The position numbers and the translations under genes are program-made. DNA of 35,102 nucleotides from a virus (Duplodnaviria; Caudoviricetes). Positions 18,412 through 29,300 of the stretch are shown here, one piece after another. Numbering within the stretch: the stretch's first letter is position 1; every line of letters starts with the position of its first letter. The stretch is taken from IMG/VR virus record IMGVR_UViG_3300031628_000015, positions 1 through 35,102 of that record; one strand, written 5' to 3'. The notes under the pieces were generated by a model. It ran no database searches. It was not told the DNA's origin and saw nothing but the letters and a program-made list of their open reading frames with translations.

Positions 18412-20358
18412 ATGGCAACAAATTACGGATATGTAAAAAGAGACCCTGAAGATAGAATTAATTGGGCAAAAGTTGGTACTAGCGTAAGTAATAAACTAAC
18501 AGACGAAATAAACAGAAGAGATACTTTAAAACAAAGTATTAAAGATGAATCAAAAAAGTTTGACGAAGAAATTTTTACTTTACCGGAAACTGATAATGAT
18601 TTATTAAAAACAGAAGCTTTAAATTTTGCAAACATAGTATCGCAGCAAAGATTAAGTCAAGATAGAAGGTTAGCAGATGGAAGTTTAAACCTTAGAGATT
18701 ATACTGTTGAAAGACAAAACTTAGGAAACACACAACAATTAATGTCTCAGTTTACTAAAGAGAAAGTTGTCTTTGACAAAAATTTTGCAGAAAAATGGAA
18801 CAAGGGAGAGTTATCAGCACAAAGTGCTAGTGATAGAGCTCAGAATGAAAAATATTCAGACTTAAACAATTATGGTTTACAGGTAGATGAGTTTGGAAAT
18901 GGTTTTATGGCTAAGAAAGATGGCGCAGGTGGGTTTGACCCTAATGATACATTAGGTCTTAGAAGTATGGTAGTAAATAATTCTAGATTAATTGGAATGC
19001 CTGATGTTAAAAAAATTGTAGATACTACTATAGGTTTTGCTGCTAAAGAATATAAAATAGCTAATGTTGATGGTTTAAAAACTGTTGATGATGCATGGCA
19101 AAATAAAAACTTTCAAAACTCTGTTTCGGATTATATAAATGCACAATTAGTAAATCCTGATGCAACATCAGCTATACTAGGAACATATTTAACAGGATAT
19201 ACATATCAATATTTAGACGGAAAAATAGGAGGTACGGACAATAAAACTACATTAGATGGAAAAGCTGAAGTAATTGATAAGAATGAAATACCATTAAGGA
19301 GAAACAGTAGAGGTGTTTGGGAGTTTGACCAAGAAAGTGAACAAGGGATAATTCTAAAAAAAATAGTTGCAGATAAAATTTTAGAACAAGTCAGAGGTAA
19401 GATGGATAGAACAGAAACAGACTTTACTGATGCTGAAAGAACAAATAGGAACAAGAACTTTAAAGATAATAAATCTGAAAGCGAAAGTATTATTCAAACA
19501 GGTAAAATATTTAATGGTACTGAGCAAGAAATTAAAGATGCATTAGTTTACTTTGAAGGTAAAAATGGAGTTAAATATAATCTATTAAAAACATCAGGAG
19601 CTACGTTGGTAATGCAAGAGCAAGATAGTGAAGGAAATATAAGAGAGTTTACAATAGATAGAAGCAAGGGAATTAGTCCTACTTCATTCTTAACACAAGC
19701 ATCACAACAGTTTGGTAATTTTGATTTAGCATCAGCTAAAACTTCTAAAGCATTTAAAGGTTGGCAGATGACTGATGGTGTTCTATCATCTCCTAGTCTA
19801 GTATCTGATGAAATTTCATTTGGTGGTTCTAACGTTACTCCTAAAGCATTCGATTCTACGTTATCTACGAGAAGTACGCTTGACGGTGAGAACATGGTTA
19901 ATTCTATTGATATTTTTCAAAAAGCATTTAAAGCAGATAGAATTTCGGCAATTGAAAACGAATTTATTGCATTTGGATTTAATAATAGTGATGTAGAATT
20001 AATTGATGATATTACCGGTGTATATGTTGATTATATAAAGATTGACATTCCCGGTTCTACTTCTATGCCATTATTAGTGAAACAAAATATTCCATATGCG
20101 CAAATGGTTAAGCTTATTGAGAAAATAGAAAATAATAAAAAGTTAGGTAAAAAACCTTTGACTCAAAATCAAGTTAATAAAATGATTTCATTAAACAATG
20201 TTACTAAGACTACTTATGGAAAAGCTTTAGGTTATGATGCAGCCGACCAACTAGAGCAGCAATGGAACGGTGGTGATGGAGTTCCTAGTTCCGGAGACGA
20301 AAGTTCTGACGGGAGTAGTTCAGGTATAAACGGAAGTAATTATAACATTAAGAAATAA
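18412..20358 (+). CDS. putative DNA ejection/internal virion protein 2
   Basis: 648 aa helical protein between the pilot protein and the giant protein; synteny only. Confidence 0.5.
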   Translation: MATNYGYVKRDPEDRINWAKVGTSVSNKLTDEINRRDTLKQSIKDESKKFDEEIFTLPETDNDLLKTEALNFANIVSQQRLSQDRRLADGSLNLRDYTVERQNLGNTQQLMSQFTKEKVVFDKNFAEKWNKGELSAQSASDRAQNEKYSDLNNYGLQVDEFGNGFMAKKDGAGGFDPNDTLGLRSMVVNNSRLIGMPDVKKIVDTTIGFAAKEYKIANVDGLKTVDDAWQNKNFQNSVSDYINAQLVNPDATSAILGTYLTGYTYQYLDGKIGGTDNKTTLDGKAEVIDKNEIPLRRNSRGVWEFDQESEQGIILKKIVADKILEQVRGKMDRTETDFTDAERTNRNKNFKDNKSESESIIQTGKIFNGTEQEIKDALVYFEGKNGVKYNLLKTSGATLVMQEQDSEGNIREFTIDRSKGISPTSFLTQASQQFGNFDLASAKTSKAFKGWQMTDGVLSSPSLVSDEISFGGSNVTPKAFDSTLSTRSTLDGENMVNSIDIFQKAFKADRISAIENEFIAFGFNNSDVELIDDITGVYVDYIKIDIPGSTSMPLLVKQNIPYAQMVKLIEKIENNKKLGKKPLTQNQVNKMISLNNVTKTTYGKALGYDAADQLEQQWNGGDGVPSSGDESSDGSSSGINGSNYNIKK

Positions 20359-20361
20359 GCA

Positions 20362-23300
20362 ATGGCTAACGAACAAGCATTACAAGATTTATATAAAGAA
20401 TTTGTTAAAACGGGATATAGAGGTTCTAAAGATGAATTTAAAGGACTGATGAGTTCTAACATAGATGCTTTTAAAGATGGTTATAAATCTTTTACATCTA
20501 CAGGTTATAATGGTGATGAAACTGATTTTGCTGAGTTATTAGGCGTAACAGTTCCTGAAAAAAAAAAAGAAATTTTACAAGAAAATGGCGATGGAGTTTT
20601 GGAAGGTGGTCCATTACAATTGGAAGAACCTCCTACTACAGATAACCCTCCGCCCGCTACATTTAATTTTGGTGAAACAAACGTAGACAATTCACAAGCA
20701 CCTCAATCAAAAGACCCAAATGCTCCAAATTATGTAGAGGAATTTAAAGGGTTTCAAAACGATGATGTATCAAAACCAAATTATTATGATTCAGTTATAG
20801 GTGCAGGAGATTTACCTCCAAAAGATACTAGACTAGACGGTTATCAAGACCCTGTAAAAGCAATGGGAATGTACCCTGCCGGAGACGGAGTAAGTGCAGA
20901 GTCTGTTACTATTCAAATAGATAAAGCAAGAAGAGAAAGCGCAGCTGATAGAGCTTACACAGCTAAACTTATACAAGAAGAAATAGCTGCAGAATATCCT
21001 AATCAAGCAGAAACTGTTCAAGAGAGAAATACTCAAATGACTGATTTTCTCGAACAAAAAAAGATAGAATCAGATGATGATAAAAAAACATTTTTTAATA
21101 CGGAAGAAAGATTAGATGTTAATAATAGAAAATATATTTTTTCCCAAGAAGAAAGAAAACCTTTTAAAGATAAAGCATTACTTGAACAAGAATTAAATAT
21201 TGTTACTTCAGATTTAATTAATGATGATAACAACAAAGCTACAATTTCTACATTAACAGACCAATTTAGTAAATATGGATTTGTTTTTACAAAAGCTTAC
21301 GGTTCTATGGTGGCTCGTACTTCAGACGGTAATGCAGAAATTACTATAGATATAGACCCTTTGTTTGGCGTTGGTGCTGATGACGAAGTAGCTGATTTAA
21401 AAAACTTTTTAATGCTTAATTCTAGCGAAATAGTTGATTCTGATAAAAACATGGATTTTATTGGTAATTCATTAAAAGCTCAAAACATGAGAAGTGGAAG
21501 ACGTGTCAATAAAAATGGTACTGTATCTTCTCATTTAATGGGAACATTTGAAGAAGACGGTAAATTTTTAGTTGCTCCTACTTTATTTCCTGTAGACGAT
21601 GAAAATCAAGCTAGTTATGCAAATAATTGGATAGAGTTAAAAGGTAAGAAGGCTTTAGATTTAGCTAAAGAAAGAAATGAAGTATTTACTTTTGATACCC
21701 AAGAAGAGGCTAATGCATTTGCAGACGGTTCATGGAAAGGTGTAAACACAATAGATGTTGAGGCTCAACAATTTTATAAAGAAAGAGGATTAGATTATCA
21801 ACAAATTTCACAATCATTTAATATTTATCAAGAAACTAGAGATAGGATTGATTTTATTGAAGACCTTTTAGATGGAGAATTACAGAGAGATGAGTTTGGT
21901 GATTTCAAAGATTCAACAATGGGTGATGATGTTAATCGTATTAAAGATTTGTCTTTAAAAAGACAAGCACAATATGGGGATTTATATGTCAATGGAGAGT
22001 TAAGAGATGATATACAAGAAGAGTTAGCTAGATTAAAAACACAAGAAACTGCATTATTTGGGACTGCTTTTAACAATAAAGTAAAAGATACAAGAAATGA
22101 ATTTGATTTATACTTAAGAAAAAAAGAACAAGCAAAAGTATCGGAAGCAGTATTTATTAACGATACAGTTAAAAAAGAGCAAAGTGTAATAGATGAACAA
22201 GCTTTAATAAGGTATGGTGAAAAACCAATGAATTTAGCTAAAGCCATAAATGAGAACACAACAAGACAAGAATTTGTTGAAATGCAACAATTACAAACTC
22301 AAACTTTAAATTTAAATTTTGAAAGAAAAAATGCAGCGATGATTTATGAAAACTCACAGCTGTATTTAAATCGCATGGAGAATAAAAAAATTCAAAACGA
22401 TTTTGTAGATAATTTTGAGGGTTTTACGGAAGAGTTTGCAAATGGTTTACAACAAGGTCATGCTGCTAATTCTATATTACAATACGCTATGGGTGTTGAT
22501 TTAATTGGGGGTGGTGATGATGATGATGTTATGGATATAGCATTACATATTGTTGATGCAATGAATAACAAAACAGGCAATCAAAGTAAAACTATGCTCA
22601 ATTGGGAGGATTCACAAGGCTTTAGAGAATCTTGGGATGTTGTTGCTAGTGACCCTCTTGAATGGAGTACTCAATTAGCAAGTAAAAGTATTGCAATGAT
22701 GTTACCATATGGAGCTCAATTAATTCCTATGTCAGGAGTTATTGGCGCAGGAACAGGTGCGGGTTACGGAGCTTTGGGTGCTAATCCTCTAACTATAGCA
22801 ATAGGTGCTAAAGTAGGTTTAGGTTATGGTTTAAGGGTTGGTTTTGCTGCTACAACATACGCAATGGAATATACCAATTCTATTCTTGAGGCTATTACTG
22901 AAACGGGTTATGATATATATAATCCTGACGAAGTAGCTTTAGCTTTACAAGACCAAAAAGTTTGGGATGTAGGTGGAGCAAGAGGTCATGCAAGAGGAAT
23001 ACCAATTGCTATAATTGATTATTTTACTGCAGGTTTAGCAGGTAGATTATTTATGCCTGCAAAATTTGCAATAACATCAAAAGGTGTGTTAAAAACAGCA
23101 GGTTTAATAACAGCTGAGAGATTAGTTCTTGACCCAATAGGTGAAGGTGTAGGTGAGACACTTGCACAAGAAAACGAAATCTTATTTGGAACAGGAAGAA
23201 ATGAACTTGACTTTAAAGAAATTGCTGCAGAAATGGGTGGTGCATTTGGAAATCAAGGAAGTAATGCTGTTATTAATATGACATTACTTAATAGTAATAA

Positions 23301-26300
23301 AAGAAGAAATAAATTATTAGCTGACTTTACAGACCCTGCTTTTTTAGCAACTTATACAGATGCAACTCCTGAACAAATATTAAATTTTGTAAATAAAAAC
23401 GTTAAATTAGGGAAAATAGATGCATCTAAAGGAAAAGCTATAACAGATAATTTAGGTATTTTAAAATCTGCTACAGATTTGTTAGGAGAAAATGCTGACC
23501 CTGCAGTTGTTGCTAGAGCTATGAGGTTAATAGAAGCTCAAAATAATCTTGGTTCAACTATAAATAGGCGTGAGGTATTTAAAAGTAATATTAAAAGTAT
23601 TAATGCAGAGCTTAGTGAACTAATTTTAACAGGTAAGCTATCTGATAAGTTTGATGAAAATACAAAAACTATAGAAGGTATTCAAGGACCAACAGGAACA
23701 AAGGTTGATAATATAAAATTAGACCCATTAAACGAAAGTAAGTTTGATGTAAAGTCTTTTAATCAATTTAAAATTGGAACAAGCACTTATGAAACTCCTG
23801 AAGATTTTCTGAAAGCAGTTGACAAAATGTCAAAAGAAAAATTAATAAAAAGCAATCCTGCATTTACAATTAAGGACAACGATGCTTTAGCAACTGCGCT
23901 AAACGATTACGTTGTAAAGAAAATGTTAGGAATAGAACAAGAATCATTTAAACTTGAAGATTATGCCAATCAAAAGCAAAGCTCAATTAAGATACCTAGC
24001 GAAGTTCAAACCAAAACTCCTGAAGAAGTGGCAGAAGGAGTACCCGGTGGACCTAAAAAAGTTACCCAACAAAGTGAAACGCAAATAGAAGCAGATAGAA
24101 AAGCTGAAATAGATGATTACTTTACAACTGATGAAACTGACGGAAAAGTTAGTGACCCAATCTTTATAAGTTTAAGAGAGCAAATTTTGTCAGATACATT
24201 CATGACTCAAACTGAAAAAGGAAAAGCACAAAAATTCTTAGTAGCTTTAGGTAAAACAGATAAAAGCCATCAACAAAAAGTTGATGCGTTAAATAAAAGA
24301 TACGGAGAGAGCAGAAGAAGACCTTTTGTATTTGTTGAGACAGAAATAGACAAAATCAACGCAAAATATGATGCTATGCTTGAGTCTACTGAATCAACTA
24401 CAGAAGAAGTAACTACAGAAGAATTAGCTTCTCAAGAGAAAGAATATTTAGCAAAATTAAAAAAAGATAGAAAGAAAAAAGGTAGTAAGGTTACAGTTGT
24501 AGATGATAATAGTTTTAAAACTGAAATTTTTAAAAAAGGTAAGTTTGTATCAAAAAAGAATATTGATGATATAAAAGTTGGTGATGTTATAATGAATAAA
24601 CAAGGCACTTCTTTTACAGTAACTGAAATTATAGAAGACTCTACGGTTGTAGGAGGTAAAATATTTAAGTCTAGCCAAGCCCTAATGAATCAAGAGCTGA
24701 TGATGTCACAAGGACTTTATTTGACAGAAAAGACATCTGAAACAATAACAGAAAAGAAGTCTACAGAATCAACTACAGAAGAAGTTAGTGCTGAAAGTAA
24801 AGAGATTTTCGACCAACAAGTAAAAGAAATGGAAGAAGGTTTGGATGATAAAGTTGATTTTAGATTAAAAGATGAAAACAAAGTTGAACCTGATAGAGAT
24901 GAGATAGAGGCGATTACACAAAGAATAAATCTTTTAGAAAGCGACAATGTAAATACTAAAATTGAGACTGAAGAAAGTAATGTTAAGTTAGATGTACAAG
25001 AGTTAAACAATAGAACAGATACAGACTTACAAGTAACTTCTATAGAACTTATTGATGGTATACCTGCAGCGTTTACAATATCTGACCAACTTACTACAGG
25101 TAATGTGGTTAATCCAAACACAGGTACAACTATTGATAATTTAAAAGGGTCAATAGGTTTTAATGGTACTACAGGAAATGAACAAGCAGCTTGGGCAGGA
25201 ACGACAAAAGCCAAAGCAGAAAATATGTTGCAAAATGCTGAATTTATTTATCAAGCTAACAAACCAAAAATAGATGAGTTTTGGGCTAACAATCCTGAGT
25301 ACAATGGATTAGTTCCTGTTAATGTTGTTAAGATGGCTGAAAGCGGAATTATTTCTAATGAAGCTATGTTTAGAGTGTTAGCTGATAATTTAACAAAGAT
25401 ACCTGAAGAAAACAAAGTAAAGGCTTTGGAAGCTTTGAAGACAGAAATTATAAGCCGAAGAGATAAAGCGAATAAAAAGAAACCTTTTAATGATATAATT
25501 TCATTGTTAGAAGGAAAAGATATTCAATCTATAGATGATGTAGTTGCTCCTAAATTTGTAAAAAAATTAGGACTTGGAGCTAGAGTTAATCTTATGAATA
25601 TTATAGGATACGGAACACCTAATAAACCCGGACAAACTAAAAAAGCAGGTGCTGTTTCTGAACTTTCATCTGTTACTACAGCATTGCTAGAAAACCAAGA
25701 TGAAAGTGCTAGAGAGTTACTTAACATTGCAAGTATTGCTGAAATAATTACTGACAAACAAATGAAAGATGTTCCTGAAGGAAGTATCGTTGCTATAGTT
25801 GGTGTAGATGTTTTAAATCCGGGAGTAGTAGAAACAACACATCCAAATTATAAATATGGTGTAAGAGGAAAATCTATGGGTGTCCTTACAAACCCTGTGT
25901 CTATGGAGAAAGCTTATCCTATAGCATATAAAAAAGCAATGGGTAGTTTAGTTGAAAAAGAATCACAAGGTAAAAAAGTTACAGGTAAACAATTAAGAAC
26001 TAATCAAACAGGATTAGGAATTGGTATACCATCTAAAGATTATATTGGAGCTAAAGCAGGTTCTCAAAGTAATATAAATAAGTTAAACAACTTTTTAAAT
26101 ATATCTTTTCCCGGAACAACAATTTATACTGATTCAGAAACATTTAAAATTGTAATGAATTCTGAGGGTGTTATGCAATACTCAAAAGGAAATCAAACCG
26201 TATACGGTGTTACAGTAAATGGAGATATATATATAAACCCTGATGTTCACAATAGTGAAAGTGAACTGTTTAACACTTCTATTCATGAGATGGGACATGT

Positions 26301-29300
26301 TTGGACTGACTATATACAAACAACAAAGAAAGGTAAATTATTATATGAAAGAGGTTCTGTTTTGGTTAAGAAAACTAAAACATATAAAGACCAATTAAAA
26401 AAGTTTGATGGAAATCAGAAGAAAGCTGTAGATGAAGCTATGGCTATTTTAATTGGAAACAAAGGCGAAACTATTGCTAACGCATCATTACAAGCTAAAT
26501 TTAAAGAATGGTTGTTAGGGATGTGGAAGTTAATCATGGATGAGTTTAAAATGTCTAAAGATTATAGTGAGGCAGAAATTCAAGATATAACTTTAGATGA
26601 GTTTATTGGAAGTGCATTGGCTGATATTTTTAGCGGCAAAGAAATAGAATTATCTAACATACAACAAAAGCAATTAAAAAATCCTGAAGCAGCATTTAAG
26701 CAAGGATTAACAGCCGAACAAATGGTTATTAGAGGTAGAGAAATGGCTATGCCTGATGATGTTGTTGCGGCTGTATTAAGAAAAAGACTAAAATTAAATG
26801 AGGAACAAATTTTAGCATTAATGGAAACAGCTATACCAACAGCTTTTACAAATGCTAAAGGTGGTATTAATGTGGGTGAGCAGATTTTTAATCAAGTAGA
26901 AGAGTTAAGATTAAAAAGATTAAAAACACTTCCTGAAGCCAATAGAAAAGTATTAGTTTCCGAAGATGGTGGTAAAACGTTTAAAAATGAAAAGCTTAAA
27001 GCGGAGGCTTTAAAATATAGAAAAGAAGAAAGAGCAGCTAGAAAAAAAGATTTAGAAGACAACAAGTTGTTTAAAGAACAACCTCTTGTAAATCAAAAAC
27101 AAATGATAGCTGAGTATGATGCTATGTTAGGCACTAAGGCAAATCAAGCTGTTCAACAAGAAATAGATGTTATATTAGCTGAGTTAAAAGGTCGTAAAGA
27201 CTCAACAAAAGTTTCAAAAGATATAAGAAAAAGATTGTCAAATTATATTAGAAAAGCTTTAACAACTGTTAGCAAAGTAAATAAAACAGAACTAAAAAGT
27301 ATATTAAAAACTATTGCTGAAGTTGATGATGTGAATTTTGTTGCTGAGGTATTGAGGGTTCAAGAAATAGTTAATGAGATAAAAGTAAAAGACAAACAAA
27401 CTTTTTTACAAACTATTAAAGATTACGTTAAGAAAAAAACAAAGATTAAACGTAGTAATAAAAAACCTAAATCAGGTAGTTTAGAGTATAGAGGTCAAGA
27501 GTATTTTAAAGTTTTAAATAAAGCTTTAAATTTAAGCAGAGAAGCTTTCATACAGAAAAAAGTAGAGTTGGCAGCTCTTGAAGTAGAGATAGAAGAAGCT
27601 CTAACTAGAGAAGCTAATTTAAAAGAAGGCAAGTCTTTAAACAAAGCTGATTCTATACTTTTGGCTGAAGCAGAAATCTATGCTCGTTATGATAATTTAG
27701 AAACGAAATCCATAGAAGAACTTAATGATATATTTAAAGGAATAAAACAAGAAGCTAAACAGTCTAGGCAAGAACTATTAAAAAGAAGATTGAAGAGAAA
27801 AGAGAGAGCTGCAAAAATAAAAGCTGAAGCAGACGAATCTATAGAAACAAATTATCCATTTTTGTATGGAGAAAAAGGTTTAAAAACTGATAGAGAAGTA
27901 GAAGATAGTAGAAAATCTAATATACAACAGTTTATAGATAAAGGTTTTTTAAAGTTTATGAAGGATTTTGCAGATGGTATTTTTAGTCCTTTTATTAAAA
28001 CTGAAAGCGGAACAAATAATTTGGGTGTAATGCTTTCTAGATATTTCGATAGTATTATTTCTAATACTCAAACTTTATTTAACATATTAGATGGTAGAAA
28101 AAACGAATTCTTTACTAAATACTTTCAGAAACCTTTAAGTAAAGCTAACTTTAAAAGAGAAGAAGGTGTTAGAGACGTTAACAGATATGTAAATAAACTT
28201 GCCGAAAGAGCAGGTTTTAAAAACAAGGGTAATCTAGATGTAAACAAGGCTTATCAAAACTTTAAACTTGCATTACTTAAAAAGAATCCAATGATTCTTT
28301 CAGGTATTGATGTTACGGAAAACAATCCTGATGGAACATTTAACAATCCTACTAATGACCAATTGGTTTATATATATGCTATAGCTAAAAATCCTGAAGT
28401 TCGTGCTAGACTAATACAGCAAGGATTTACAGAGGAAAAATTTAAAGCTATAGAAGAACATTTAGGTAATGATGTGATAGGTTTTGCAGATATAGTAGTA
28501 GACTATTTAACTAATGACAGTTATGATTCTATTAATGAAGTCTATGTAAGAAACAATGACGTAAATTTAGATAAGATAGAAAACTATTTTCCTTTATCTA
28601 CTAAGCTAGACCCAACATCTGAAGAGAAATCTATAGGATTTCAATCTGATGTGTTTAGTACATTTACTGCAGAGTCTCCAAGCTCATTAAAAATGAGAAG
28701 CAGAAATTCTATAATAAATCCTGCTACATCTTTTACTGATATGCTAGACTCACACATAGAATCTACAGAGAGATATAAAGCTTATGCAGATTTAGTCCCT
28801 GAATTAAATAGAATATTAAAAATACCATCTGTAAAACTTTTGTTAAAAGAATCGGGATTAACATCATTAAATAATGAAATGTTAAATTTTGCAATTAACG
28901 GGAGAGATAATTTTGAAACAAATTCGTTAGACTCTAAGTTAGTTAACACAATTCAAGGTGCGTTTGTTAGTTATGTTTTAGGTTTAAAAGTATGGCAAAT
29001 TCCTAAACAAGCATCTTCGTTTATTGAAGCGTTTAAAAAGTTTAGATACAAAGGAAATTTAACTTATCAAGCAGTTGATAAGGCTACTTTAGGTATACCT
29101 GCGACAGCTGTTGATGCAATTATGTTTCTTGGTCGTTATACTCAAACGTTAGCTTTAACACTTGCAGGAATGGAAGGTGGAATTAAAACAGCTAAAAAAA
29201 TATCGGCAGGATTTGAACAAAGAATGCTAGAGGCTTTGTCAGGTAAAAACCTTGTAGAACTAGAGACAGGAAATAAATCAGGAAAAGGATTAGGAGCAGC

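Noticed and set aside
3130-20364. In-frame junctions terL/portal (TAA-ATG), 10755/10759 (TAA-TAT-ATG) and 20358/20362 (TAA-GCA-ATG) as readthrough fusions
   Set aside because: All use TAA, the least leaky stop, each downstream gene has its own ATG, and one third of junctions are in frame by chance.
22507-22536. GGGDDDDVMD as a possible polymerase catalytic loop
   Set aside because: A short GAT triplet run without the aromatic D(F/Y)DxD context of two-barrel RNA polymerases.
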